NCBI RefSeq assembly: GCF_004010195.1
Contig: NC_057719.1
Coordinates: 6,966,740-7,030,739 of the forward strand
DNA: 64,000 nucleotides
Direction: 5' to 3'
DNA from: Chiloscyllium plagiosum
Taxonomy: Eukaryota
How positions within the stretch are numbered: position 1 is the stretch's first letter; every line of letters begins with the position of its first letter. Below, one piece after another: positions 50,030 through 62,800 of this stretch. The translations under genes were made by a program, and so were the position numbers. The notes beneath the pieces are model-generated. The model had not been told where the DNA came from and did no database searches. It was given only the letters and a program-made list of their open reading frames with translations.

Positions 50030-50860
50030 CACTGAGTGAGAATATAGGTGATTGTTCAGACTGATCTGGCTTCCGCAGGTTATGTTACACTTGGGGCAGA
50101 AGGTGGTTGTGGGAAGGGATGGGTGGGGCTTTGATGTGGCAGTGTGCTCCTTACGCTGTTTTTGTCTGGCTGCCGCTTTTTTCCAATCTCAAGGTGCTTA
50201 ATGCCTTCCCGGATGGCTCCTCCTCCACTTTGGACGGTCTTGAGTCAATGGTTCCCAGGTGTCTGTGAGAATACTGCACTTCATCAGTGAAGTCTTGAGG
50301 GTACGCCTGAAGTGCTTCCTCTGGTCTCCTGGGGCTTGCCTGCTGTTTCAGAGCTGGAAGTAGAGCACCTGCTTAGGGAGTCTTGTGTTGGTCACATGGG
50401 TGACATGCCTGACCCAATGCAGCCAATCAAGAGTGGTCAGTGCCTCAATGCTGGGGATGTCAGCCTGGTCGAGAATGCTGGTGTTACTTTGACTTTGTTG
50501 CCAGCGCATTTTGTAGGATCTTGCGTTGGCAGCATTAGTGGTACTGCTCCAGCGCCTTGAGATATCTGCTGTAGAATGTCCATGTTTCAAAGCCATATAA
50601 GATGGGAAGGAACCACAACAGCGTTTGTAAATCATTAGGTTCATGTCTGATCTGATCTGTTTGCTTTTGAACACCCTACACTAGCACACTGGAGGCAGTG
50701 CTGGAGCAGGAGCATCCAATAGCCACTGACATTGTCCCAGAAGACACTTATTGTGGTGATTTGGACAGTGATATGCTCGTGGTAGGAAGGAATGTGGTAA
50801 TGCATGAAAGCAGACTTCGCAATCTCAAAGGAGGTGGTCAGTTGGTGGCCATACTGAACA
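50030..50860 (-). mobile_element. RTE-clade LINE 3' fragment
   Basis: NTSILDQADIPSIEAL...LHWVRHV...RLPKQVLY, typical of the RTE ORF C-terminus. Confidence 0.8.
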
Positions 50861-51063
50861 CTGACAGTTTTTTTAAAAACAGGGGACATAGCTGCAGAAT
50901 ATCACTGTAACCATTTCTGCTGGGACAGCAACTGTTTACAATAATATATTAGTGACTCGGAGGAAGGAAGTGAAAGTACTGCAGCCAAATTTGAACATAA
51001 CACAAAAATAGGTGGAAAGGCAAATTGCAGGAGAGATACAAATAGTTTATCGAGACAGTCTCG

Positions 51064-51490
51064 AGGCAGTCTGGTGGCTCAGCGGTTGACACTGCTGTCT
51101 CATAGCACCAGGGACCTGGATTCAGTTTCACTCCTCTGGGTGCTCTGGTTTCCTCCCATAGTCCATATACATGCAGGTTAGGTGGATTGGCTATGCTAAG
51201 TTGCCCATAGTGGAGACAGTGAGGTCTGCATATGCTGGAGTGTGTTGCTGGAAAAGCATAGCCGAAGCCCTCCTTCAGGAAACATCAATTTTCCTGCTCC
51301 ACTAATGCTGCCTGACCTACTGTGCTTTTCTAGCAATACACTCTCAACACTAAATTGCCCATAGTGTCCATGGATGTGCAGGCTTGGTGGATTGTGCAGG
51401 CTTGTGCAGGGGGTGAGTCTGGGTGGGATGTTGTTCGGAGAACCAGTGTGGAATTGGCTGAATAGCAAGTTTGCGCACTAGGGATTCTGT
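51064..51490 (+). mobile_element. HE1-like SINE interrupted by a PLE fold-back (51213-51349)
   Basis: 17-bp TSD ctaa(g/a)ttgcccatagtg at 51196-51212 and 51350-51366. Confidence 0.82.
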
Positions 51491-52160
51491 ATTGATAGGT
51501 TAAAGTAAGTGGGCAAAACGTTTGCAAATGGAGTAAAGGTGGGGAAAAAAATAGTTATTCATTTTGGAAGGGAGAGAAAAAAACAGAATATTATTTAAAT
51601 TGAAAAAAACTGTAGAAAGTTTGGGGTATTTGTGTACGAAACATAGAAAGCTAACACACAGATACAGCAGATAACCAGAAGGCTAATGGAGTGTTGGCCC
51701 TTATTTCAAGGAGGTTGGAGTATGAGTAGGGAAATCTTGCTGCAACTCTGCAGGTGCTCGTGAGACCATATCTGGAGTACTGTGAGCAGTTTAATTCCTT
51801 TATTTTAGGAAATATATTATTTCATTAGGATAGCTCAGAGGAAATTCACTAGGATGTTCCATGGTATGGAGGAATTGTCTTATGAGCAAAAGCTCAACAG
51901 GTTGGGACTCTGCTCACTGAAGTTAAGAAGAATGAGTTGGTCTCTTTGAACTCATAGAATTCTCAAGGGGCTTGACTGGGTTAGTGCTGAGAAGGTTTTT
52001 CCCCTCAGAACCAGAGGGCATTGCCTTAGAATAAAGGGGCGTCAGTTTAAGACTGAGGTGAGGAGGAATTTCTACTCTGGGTCAAATGTATGAACTGTGG
52101 GCGCAGAGGGTTTGTGTTTATTTAAGGCTGCGATTGATTCATGATAAGGGGAATAAAGGG

Positions 52161-52760
52161 TGTCGCAAAGCTAGTCCTTTTTTTTAAAAATGCTGTTCCT
52201 TGGCTCAAGGAGACTTTGTCCTTGATCCTTCTCAGAGGGGCAATAAACCGGGCGGGGCTCTGATCAGTCTGGTTTGGCACACAGATGAAAGGAATTTTGA
52301 GAGGCCTTTTGTTTATATGTAAACAGGTGAGATTTCAGGCCAAAGTGGTCCTGTTCTAGAAGTGACTTATACAATGAAAGGAGAGTGGTCAGCTCTCTAG
52401 TTGAGATGAGCAATTTTAATTCAGTCTTGAACTGGGAAGTGTGTAAACTCTCTCTTTTCTGACCTTCAACTTCAACCTGTAAGCATGTGTTCCATTTATA
52501 CTGGTTTTTAAAGGGAGTTTGCTTATTGTTTATATTTGCAACAGCATAATTAAGTCTAGTTGGATAGGTTGAGTTCTGTAGGGGTTCTTTATGCTGTTCT
52601 TTGTTTCATTGTGCGTAATTTTGTAAATTTTTTTCTGTTTTCAAATCTAGTAGTCAACCTCGCTATCTTGGTAATTTTCACTGTATGTTTACCGAAACAA
52701 ATATGGTCTGGGGCTGCCTGCTTAAGAATGTTTTGAGTGGTTCTGGCCTAGTTCATAACA
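52161..52760 (+). mobile_element. solo LTR (600 bp)
   Basis: TGTCGC...CATAACA termini; aggg/agag flanks; interrupts a LINE 3' region. Confidence 0.75.
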
Positions 52761-53431
52761 AGAGTTATGGGGATAAGGTAAGAAAATAGACATGAGCAAT
52801 GTCAGATCAGCCATGATCTACTGAATGGTGGAGCAGGCTCAAGGGGCTGAACAGCTGACTGTTCCTTTTTTTTTTATGGTGTTAGGGACTTAATACAAAG
52901 CAAATAACATATTTTGCAAATGGCCATAAACACACTAATCTACGGCATGATAAAATCACAGAGGAAAGCTGAACAAATTTACTTGCCTTTGTCTTGTTCA
53001 GTAAATGGAACACTGCCCAGGGAAGCATGTGGTATTAGCAAATTCAGGAGAGTGTTATTTTTGGTTTTAAAAAAATGCTGTTTAAAGGGGTGCAAGGGAA
53101 GGTAAGGTATAAAAACTCATTTCGACATGTTCTTGCATTACTATGTCTGCCTTTGTCAGCTACAAGAACATACAATGTAGTTTCATATGCAAACACACTT
53201 CCATAAATGAAAACCTGGTTTTCATAGTGACTTCTAGGAATGTGTTGGCATTTTCCTGCCTTCTCTATCATCGAACATATCTGACTCTTGTGAGCATCCT
53301 GAGGGCTCTCCTCTGCCAGTCATTGGAAATCCTATTGATGGAGGAACCCATTCCTGAGCAGTAGCTTCCTGATGACAGCCAGAATTCCCCCAGGAAGAGG
53401 TATCTATGCTGTGCTGTCTAAGTGAGGATGA

Positions 53432-53775
53432 TAGCCAAGTGGTATTGTCACTAGACTATCACTCTAGAGACTTGGGTAAAGTTTGGGATCTGGATTTGAA
53501 ACCCAGCAAAACTAATGTAATAAAAGATATTTTTAAAATTAAAAGTCTAATGATGACCATGGAGCCATTAAAAGCAAACCTGGTTCACAGATGTCATTTA
53601 GGGGGGTAAAACGGCCTTTTTAAATCTGGTCAACATGTGACTCCAAATCCACACAAATGTGCTCTCTGCAATGGCCGACAAGCACTCAGTTATATCCAAG
53701 GGTAATTAGAGATGGACAATAAATGCTGATCAGTCAGTGTTGTCCATATCCTGTGAGCGAATTTAAGAAAAAAAT
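53432..53775 (+). mobile_element. old DeuSINE/SacSINE-like SINE
   Basis: Head, ctggttcac...gtcatttagg core and gggtaattagagatggacaataaatgctg tail. Confidence 0.55.
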
Positions 53776-54082
53776 TCAATTGTAAACTACAAGGCTTTAC
53801 GTTGAACATCTGGTTTAGAGCAGAGGAATTATGCAATGGAAAGTGTATGGATGTAAGAATAAAATACTCGAACAGTATGTAAAAGTGGCTGATCAACTGA
53901 AGTACTAGCCATGGAGCCATTTTTAAATAAGACGGGGGAACTTCATTGTTGTATATGATTGAGAGGGGTCACAGTTATTTATAGTATATATTAATGATTT
54001 GAATGATGAAGGTGAATGTGTGAAAGCCAAATTTGGATGACACAAAAATATGTGTGAAGGCACATGATGAGGATCGGAGTCT

Positions 54083-54401
54083 GCGGCACGGTGGCACAGA
54101 GGTTAGCACTGCTGCCTCACAGCGCCAGAGACCCGGGTTCAATTCCCGCCTCAGGCGACTGACTGTGTGGAGTTTGCACGTTCTCCCTGTGTCTGCGTGG
54201 GTTTCCTCCGGGTGCTCCAATTTCTTCCCACAGTCCAAAGATGTGCAGGTTAGGTGAATTGGCCATGCTAAAATTGCCCGTAGTGTTAGGTAAGGGGTAA
54301 ATGTAGGGGTATGGGTGGGTTGCGCTTCGGCGGGTCGGTGTGGACTTGCTGGGCCGAAGGGCCTGTTTCCACACTGTAATGTAATGTAATCTAATCTAAT
54401 C
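54083..54401 (+). mobile_element. young full-length HE1-like SINE within an old LINE (~53800-54745)
   Basis: Near-identical to 18832-19155 in the opposite orientation. Confidence 0.95.
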
Positions 54402-54769
54402 AAATTGTAATCTGCAGAGGAATACTGTATAGAGTGGACAGATTAAGAGAATGAGCCAAATCTTGGCAGATGGAACATAAAATGAAAAAAGGTGATGTTA
54501 TGCACTTTGACAAGAATAATAGATGAGCTGAATATTATTTAAATTGGGGAAATAGTACAGAAAGCTACAGAACTGAGGAATTTGGGTGTTCTTAACAATG
54601 AATCATAAAAAGTTAATGTCTAACTTCATTGGATAATAGGAAAAGCAAATGGAATGTTGGCCTTTATTTCAATGAAAATGGAATATAAAAGTAAGGAGGT
54701 TTTGCTAGAAATATACAATGCACTAGTCAGACCGCAGCTGGAATGCACCAGCTATCTTTTTTGTTAATT

Positions 54770-55205
54770 GCCCTTCGGCCTTTTTTAATCTTTCTCCATC
54801 AATCTTAAAAATATTTAAATTTTGAACTCTCCACCTTATGCAAATACCTTTGCTATTCATCTTTTCTGTACCCCTCATGATTTTATAAACCTCCATAACC
54901 TCTCAACTTCCTACCCTCCACTAAGAGAAGTCTCAGCCTGTACAGTCTATTTTTATAACTCAAACTCGCCATTCCCAGCAGCATTCTGGTAATTCTTTTC
55001 AGAACCCCCTCCAGTTTAGTAATATCCTCTGTATAACAGGGCAACCAGAACTAGACGCAGTACTCCAAAAGAGGCCTCACCAATATCCTGTACAATCTCA
55101 GCATGATGTCTGCTCCAACCACAATATAGGAGTTCAATGAATGTAAGTGTGCAAAATGTCGTCTTAACCACAGTGTCCACCTGTGAACCAAATTTCGAAG
55201 AATTA
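54770..55205 (-). mobile_element. CR1 LINE fragment
   Basis: SQVDTVVK.. and other RT C-terminal remnants. Confidence 0.7.
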
Positions 55206-55207
55206 TT

Positions 55208-55668
55208 GTGACAGTGCTGTGGCATTAAGAGGTATGTTTTGTTGTGTTTTCCTTGAGAGAGAGATTGGAGGACAGGCGTTGTGCATTCTGAGAAGATAAA
55301 TAACTTGAGACCTTGGGATTATTTTAAAAAAGGAACAATAGAAGCAGCATGAGTGGGTGTGGGTCAAGCTCTCACAAATCAAAGATTTTTAGTTAGCTTT
55401 CAGCAGTTGCTGTTGGAGTCGTGAAGAACTGAAAGCTGTTTCTCCCTTTCTCAATTACAGCCAAATGTTGTGGGTTCTCTTCCTAGTCAGTTTTCCTGAA
55501 TTTACCCTTTTGCCAAGGGTGGGATTATTGGGATGTTACTATATTGGAACAGTTAATCAGTAATAGTTACTGTATCAGTTATTCTGTTAAGCTTTCCAAT
55601 AGTTAAGTTTCCAAATTCCTCTCTCTTTTGTTGTGTTTTATCTGTCGTGTTTGAATAAATCAAATTTT
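55208..55668 (+). mobile_element. LTR fragment (family of 17135-17593)
   Basis: Starts TGTGAC; shared internal block; AATAAA near 55655. Confidence 0.6.
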
Positions 55669-55669
55669 T

Positions 55670-55997
55670 ACCATTCGACCCATCAAGTCCACACCAACCC
55701 TCTGAAAAGCATCCTATCCAGACTCCATCTCTCTCCGCCCACCCCTGTAACCCTGCATTTCCCATTGCTAAGCAACGTATCCTGCACATCCCTCGACACT
55801 ATGGGCAATTTAGCATGGCCAGTCCACCTAACCTGCACATCTTTGGACTATGGGAAGAAACAGGAGCACCCAGAGGAAATGCATACATTAACAGGGAGAA
55901 TGTACGTGTAGAGTTTGCGCAGTCGTCTGAGGGTAGAATTGAACCCAGGTCTCGTGCTGAGAGACAGTAGTGCTAACCATTGAGCCACTCTGCTGCT
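55670..55997 (-). mobile_element. older HE1-like SINE
   Basis: Head and V-domain on minus. Confidence 0.85.
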
Positions 55998-57994
55998 GAC
56001 AATTGGTATTGCTCAATTTAAGTTTCGGACTTGATGAATTGAGTTTCAACTTGTCATTGTGATTTACTGAGGATTATATTGCCAGTGCAGTATCATAACT
56101 AGTAGGCTACTGAAATGTAAGTTGGTCATTGAGTTATACAGACCTGCAGACCTAATTACTACCTAGATTGACACCAGAGAGCATTAATTTTTTTTATCGA
56201 ATAAAGATGCATCTTAACAGGCATTACTTGTTAATTTTTCAGTAGCCATGTGGTGGAAAAAAATATAATAAAGTCTTTCCACTGTGTCACCCTGTATAAC
56301 ACACTCAAAAATACAACACCATGGATGATTTGGGGCAAATGTAAACGTTACTCTTGAGTCTCTTGTGTGCAGTGGTGGTATGGAGGAGGTAGAATCTTAA
56401 GCACTTTTGAGGTCCTCTTAGTCGTAGAATCTCTACCTCTGGACTGGGAGGCCTGTATTCAAGTACCATCTGCTCCAGAGGTGTGTAATAACATCCCCGA
56501 ACTGATTGGTTAGAAAAATAGGCATGTGCAGTGGGTGAGGGCTCTTGAGCTGCTCCAGAGATGTGTCATAACAATTCCGAACAGCTTCTTTGTAAAAATA
56601 GGTTAATGAACAAAAACACTGCTAATTGCAACCATGAAGTATGTTGCCCTGTGCTTTTTATAGGGATTGTCAAATGTACGCGTCACACTTGTGCTCGTCT
56701 TGCGTTTGGATCTATTTTATTAAACAAACTATTGGCAACAGCCCCACAATATCATCCGATTAGATCCTCCTTGTCTGAATGTGGTATTTGAAGACTGCAG
56801 CTTCCACACACTGGCAAAAATCTGCTCACAGAACAGGAAATCTCAAGTTTCTTTCACCATGGATTTGTCAGATTATAAATATGCTTCCCCTTGAGCTTTG
56901 TTCTGTTTTAACCATACAAACCTGTTTATGAATAGGAAACAAACTGCAGTTTTTGCATTCCAGTCTCTATGGGGTGATTGGTTCATTTCTTTTGATTCTT
57001 GCTCCCGTCAGGTTGGATTGAACATAACTTTTTCTTCTTTCATTCATGAGATGTTGCCCTTGATGGCTCGGCCTGCATTTATTGCTACATCTCATTGCCC
57101 TAAAGAAAGTGGTGATGAGTTGTTGTCTTGTACCACTGCAGTGTTGGTAGTTTAGGATGCCCATAGTGCGGCTTGAAGGGAGTTTGAGGATTTTGACCCA
57201 GTGACACTGAAAGAGTGGCAATTATAGTTCCAAAGTCAGGATGGTGAGAGGCTTGGAGGGGAGCTTGCAGGTGGTTGTCCACTCATGTACCTTCTGTCCT
57301 TGTCCTAGGTTGTGAAGGTTGCAGTGTTGGAAAGTGCTATTAGAGGACCCTTGGTGAATTGTTACAATGAACTTTGTAAACCTTGCACACATTGCTGTGG
57401 TGGTGGTGAAGAGAGAGAATGTTGAAGGTATTGGATGTGATACCATACAAGCTAGCTGTTTTGTCCTGGAGCATAGAATTATAGAATCCCTATAGGGCAG
57501 AAACAGACCATTCAGCCTGTCACGTTTCTTTGGACTTTGGGAGGAAACTGGATCACCTGGAGGAAATGCAGACATAGGGAGAATATACAAACTGCACACA
57601 GATCACCATCTGAGGCTGGAATTGAACCTGGGTCCCTGGCTCCGTGAGGCAACAGTCCTAACCTGGAGTCAAGCTTGAGTGTTATTGGTACTTCACTCTT
57701 TCAGGCAAATGGAGAATATTCCATTACACTCCTGACTTGAGTCTTGTAGTTGATGGGCAGGCTTTAAGAGTTGGGAGATGAGTTATTTGCTGCAAGATTT
57801 CTACTTTCTGACTTGTTCTTGTAGCCACAGTATTTTGATGTATTTAGTTCAGTTTCTGGTCATTGGTAAACCCCAGGATGTTTGTGGAGGAGTTCAGCAA
57901 TGGTAATGCCATTGAATGTCAAGGGATGTTGTTTATATATTTGTTTGGAAATTGTCTTTGTTAGAACTTGTGTGTGGTGCAAATATTACTTGGC

Positions 57995-58495
57995 AATATT
58001 GGAATCCTGCTTGCAATTCTGGTCTCCCTGCTACAGAAAAGATCTTGTAAGGCTTGATAGGGTTCAGAAAAGAATAATAAGGATGTTCACAGGATTGGAG
58101 AGGCTGAATAGGCTGGGCTATTTCCCTGGAATGTTGGTGGGTGAGGGGTGACTTTAGAGGATTTTAAAATCATGAGCATGGAAGGGTGAGAGAAAAGATC
58201 TTTTCCTGGGGAGTCCAAAACTAGAGGGCATAGGTTTAAGTTGAGAGGGGAAAGATTTAAAAGGGACCTAAGGGGCACTTTATACACGCACCACTGCATG
58301 AAAGGAATGAGCTGCCAGAGGAAGCGGTGGAGGCTGGTATGATTATAACATATAGAAGGCATTTGGATTGGTATACGAATAGGAAGGATTTGGGTCAGAT
58401 GCTGGCAAACGGGACTATATTTATTTCGGGTATCTGGTCAGCATGAATGAGATGGACTGAAAGGTCTGTTTCCATGCTGTATATCTCTGTATGAC
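57995..58495 (+). mobile_element. 5'-truncated CR1 LINE
   Basis: LESCLQFWSPCYRKD..LDRVQKR and CR1 tail. Confidence 0.85.
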
Positions 58496-59537
58496 TGACA
58501 ATTATCGGCCTAAGTCTGGATGTTGTCCATGTCTTACTGCATGTGGACATCAACTGCTTCAGTAATTGAGTGGTTGTGATAGGTGTTGAAAATTGTGCCA
58601 TCATCAGCTGATTGAGGGAATATTAAGCTTGTTGGATGTTTCAGTTGTGAGCTGTATATTTTGGTAGTTAGGATAAATGTTTCCATCAATGTTTTTTATG
58701 GAAGTATAAAGGTTAGTGAACCAAGTTACTTATAACACAAGTTATTCACTCACATTGCAGTGCAACACCACTGTTGATTTTATGGTGTGATGACTGATTT
58801 GTGGATACTGACAGGTTGCATTGGACAAACAGGTAGATATGTTTTCTGAAAAACAGATTTGTTGAATTTGTAAAAGTAAATACATACACTTTAAGTTTGA
58901 CTTTGCAATATTGATAGACTAATAATATGATGTGAATCTTGAAAATCCCCAAATGTTTATGCATTTTGTTTTATTCTCAGTTCAGTTGCTACCAGTAATT
59001 AATCTGGGTTTTTAAGTTATTCTGTGTGGTTGCTATGGGGCAAAGTTTCTACTGGCTGTACAGTCATTATATGAGTATAATTCGGAGTTGCGCAATGGGG
59101 ACTCTACAATCTCCATTGTAGCATTCTCTGAAGGAATTGTCCCGAAATTGAATTTTCTGTATGGCAGTTTCACTGCACCGAAATCTGATGAAAGACTCCA
59201 TAACAATCAGACTTCAGATAGTTCCAACAAAATTAAGTAATGTAGTTACTCAGAAAAAGTTAGACTATTACATATGTTCGCTCCACACAAATGCTGGGCA
59301 ATGATACATCTCCAATAAGAGACAATCTAGCTACTGCCCAATGACATTTAGTGGCATCACCATTTCTGAAATACCAGTTTTTGCATCCAGAGCTTTACTA
59401 TTGACCAGAAACTTAACGGAACCTGAACAATAAATATATAATGCCAACAAAAGCAGATTAGAAGCGAGGAATACTATAGCAAGTAACTCTCCTCCTGACT
59501 CCCCACAGCCTGTCCACCATTTAGAAGACATCGATTA

Positions 59538-59860
59538 AGATTAGATTAGATTAGATTACTTAGTGTGGAAACAGGTCCTTCGGCCCAACAAGTCCACACT
59601 GACCTGCCGAAGCGCAGCCCACCCAGACCCATTCCCGTACATTTACCCCTTCGCCTAACACTATGGCCAATTTAGTGTGGCCAATTCCCCCAACCTGCAC
59701 ACTTTTTTTGGACTGTGGAAGGAAACCGGAGCACCCGGAGGAAACCCATGCAGGCATGGGGAGAATTTGCAAACTCCACACAGTCAATTGCCTGAGGGGG
59801 GAATTGAACCCAGGTCTCTGGCTCTGTGAGGTAGCAGTGCTAGCCACTTTGCCGCCCACG
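59538..59860 (-). mobile_element. HE1-like SINE
   Basis: (agatt)n tail, V-domain and head. Confidence 0.92.
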
Positions 59861-62800
59861 GTGATGGAATGTTTCTCGTTTGCCTGATGCATGCTTCTCC
59901 AAGAAGCTTGACACCATTCAGGACAAAGCTGCCCACTTGATTGACACCATTATCTGCTCCCTCCATCATTGACGCTCAGTAGCAGGCGTGTGTGCTACTT
60001 ACAAGATGCAATGCAGAAATTCACCACAGAAACTTAGACAGTACCTTCCAAATCCACGACCATTTATGTCTAGAAGTAAAAGGTCAGCAGATACATGGGA
60101 ACGCCACCATATGCAAGTTCCCTTCCAAGCCACTCCTCATCCTTTTTTGGAAATATATTAACTTGCTGACAACCCTTCTGTGATTCCCTTCTGAAGCTGC
60201 CATCTCTGTCCAGATCATCTTCCGCCATCAGACCTGACCCTCTGGGAACCCCACCCAATTGGACTCAATCCAATTTCCCTCCTCCTCCTGTAGTTCAATT
60301 TTCACCTGTTTAAAGTGGATGGATGGATACAGCCAAGCAAATAATGACTTTCAGAATTCCAGACCATGGACCTATGCAACCTTCGGTATAATAATGAAAA
60401 AAATTTGGTTTGTACAAGAAAGTTGAATGAGGAACTTCCTAAGCTTATCAATTTGGCTCAGGTCATTTGAGATGTAAGCAATAGAGAGACTATTTAAACA
60501 CTCCACCGATGGTGACTGAAATTTCCTGATCGGATACTTGCACGTGCCAGCAAAAGGGCCCTGCCACCTCATCCAGTCATTGTGCTTACTAAGCATTTTG
60601 CATAATGTTGATGTCATGTGGTGCCTCCTTTCTGGCATCACTTTTGAAGAAGGACTGAGGCCAGTGACCAATATGTGACAAAGACTGAGCAAGTTGGCTG
60701 ATTTTAGAGTCATGGAGTCATTGAGATGTACAGCATGGAAACAGACTCTTCGGTGCAACTCGTCCATGCTGACCAGATATCTTGTTTTGCTATTTTATCT
60801 GCAAGTGTATCAGTAGAAATGATTCATTAAATTTAAATTTTGCTGTATTTGAGTAAATTAGCATGTATTAAATAGTATCGTAAGAAATTGTTAATGGCAA
60901 GGTGAATCTCTAACGTAAAGCAAAAGTTAAGTTTGCAGTCGTTTGTATTTTGTTTATTGAAGTAATTCTGAAGCTGATGCAACAATGTCACAATGTTCAT
61001 ACATAGGTTTGCATAACCATCTGCTCTATAAATTTGAAGTTTTTTTACAAGGGAACAGCGACTTCAAAAATCTGTTTTACAAACAGCTCCTTTGGTGCAA
61101 ATTCCTCCTTCCTCTTGTCTGACCTAATGTGTGTGTATTGTTGATTTATTTAGACTTAAATAACGAGAGTTGCAAGTCACGAATGCTACCTGCACAACTA
61201 TATTATATTGACTGCAAAATCTTTTAAATACACTATTTGTGACATGTCCAATTCCAATAAATCTGGTTTTGAGATCTGGAGTGCACTTAGGATTTATATT
61301 TATGATTTTGAAGTGTATTTGCTAACATTGCTATGCCATGGTAGTGTGTGATGTGGGCATGGTCAGTTTTGAGTTTAAATTAATTGACTTAATGAAAGAG
61401 AATATCTGTAGACACAAGGTTTTGTTTTTGCAGATATCCTTGGACTGATGTTTCGAATAGATGTTCTTTGGCTTCGAGCTGTAACCGAAAGGCTTAAACA
61501 TAACAGTGACTGCTTTAAAGCAGTTCATTGCATACCTAGCTCTGCATGACATTGAGGAGATGTGATGAGGCAAGTTTGCCTTTCTGTTCCTTTTTCTCCA
61601 TTTTTGCTTTATTTTCTTGTTTCTTTCCTTTTGTTTTTCCTTTTCTCCCCATTTCTCACTTATTTTCCATTTGCACACTTGTCTACCCATTTGCCTTCCA
61701 TCCCTCCTTTTGTCTAACAATCTTTCTGGCTCATCTTTAAATTCAGAATTGCATGCATTCCATAGTTTCTTTTCTTTGCGTGTAATATTGTAATAATTTT
61801 TATTTCCTTAGACTTTACATTTGATTGAAATTATTGGGTTTTTGGACCTTGTTTCTTAGTCATGCTGATAAAGCACTTTTTCTCTTGCTTGGGTTTTCAA
61901 AAACCGTAAATATTTAAAGACCTTTTTATAAACAGTTTAACGATAAGACATAATTACTGAGATTTTGTATATTTTTTGTAACTGCAAGAATTCAGGTAGA
62001 AGAATGTAGAGTATGTTGTTTGTGAATTTATTAAGGTGTAAGAAGGACTAAATGGTTCACTTCATCCAAGAAAAGAAGTTATAGATTTAAGCTTCATATC
62101 ACTGCATCACTTGTAGTGGAAGTTAAACATCAGTAATCCATTGATTGGGCCAACAAATTAGGTAACACAAGAGTGAGCAGTGTTTGGATATTATGTGTAC
62201 ACACTGTCTCAATAAATACTAAAGATTGCATGGTATCAAAACAAAGGCCAGATTATTTACAAGCACCCAGATGCACCTATTGTTATTTCAGTCAGATTAT
62301 AGTGGTAACACAGCTAATTTCAAGCTAAATAAAGAGGAACATTACCTGAGTGTGCTGACTTCAGCCAAAAGCAGTGTAAAAGGCTATTGAACAAGTTCCA
62401 AAAGAGAGACAGACTTGCGTCCGCATTGGGCCCTTCATGGGTACAGGAATTTTCAAGTGCTTTATAGTTATTGAAGTGTAGCCATTGTTTTAATGCAGGA
62501 AACATTAAACAGACTCCCACGTGCAGCAATTTCATATTGAACAGGCAGCTGGTTTTTGTAATCTGACTGAGTTATCATCATTGGGCAAACTGAGGACTGA
62601 TCCCCTGTGCTACTTAGTCTATGGTGGTGGGATCATTTATATCAACTTGAGAGGGAACATGGAGCCTCTGTCCAGGATGTACAGGCCTCCTGGATTTTTC
62701 AGGACAGCTCTGTATTGTATGGCTGTGACCTAGATTGGATCCTGGATGATGTTTGTCCTGTAATTTGTTCTTTATGCATATTCAATACAACTTTGATCAT

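Larger units (their letters stand above)
50952..52880 (+). mobile_element. old CR1/L2-clade LINE hosting a SINE, a PLE and an LTR
   Basis: RT C-terminal pieces on both sides of the insertions; tail at 52790-52880. Confidence 0.7.
57030..60180. mobile_element. cluster of old L2/CR1-like LINE pieces (minus 57030-58610, plus 59290-60180) with nested SINEs
   Basis: Recurrent caggacaaagc...cttgattg and tgcaagttcccttccaagcc motifs, also seen at 23030-23430. Confidence 0.6.

Noticed and set aside
60181..60480. Short Kozak-context ORF (MDLCNLRY...) or a piggyBac-like remnant
   Set aside because: Only 34 codons, with no recognisable motif or TIR.
61580..61740. Lys/Arg-rich (minus) and Phe-rich (plus) ORF segments
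   Set aside because: They are translations of a low-complexity polypyrimidine tract.
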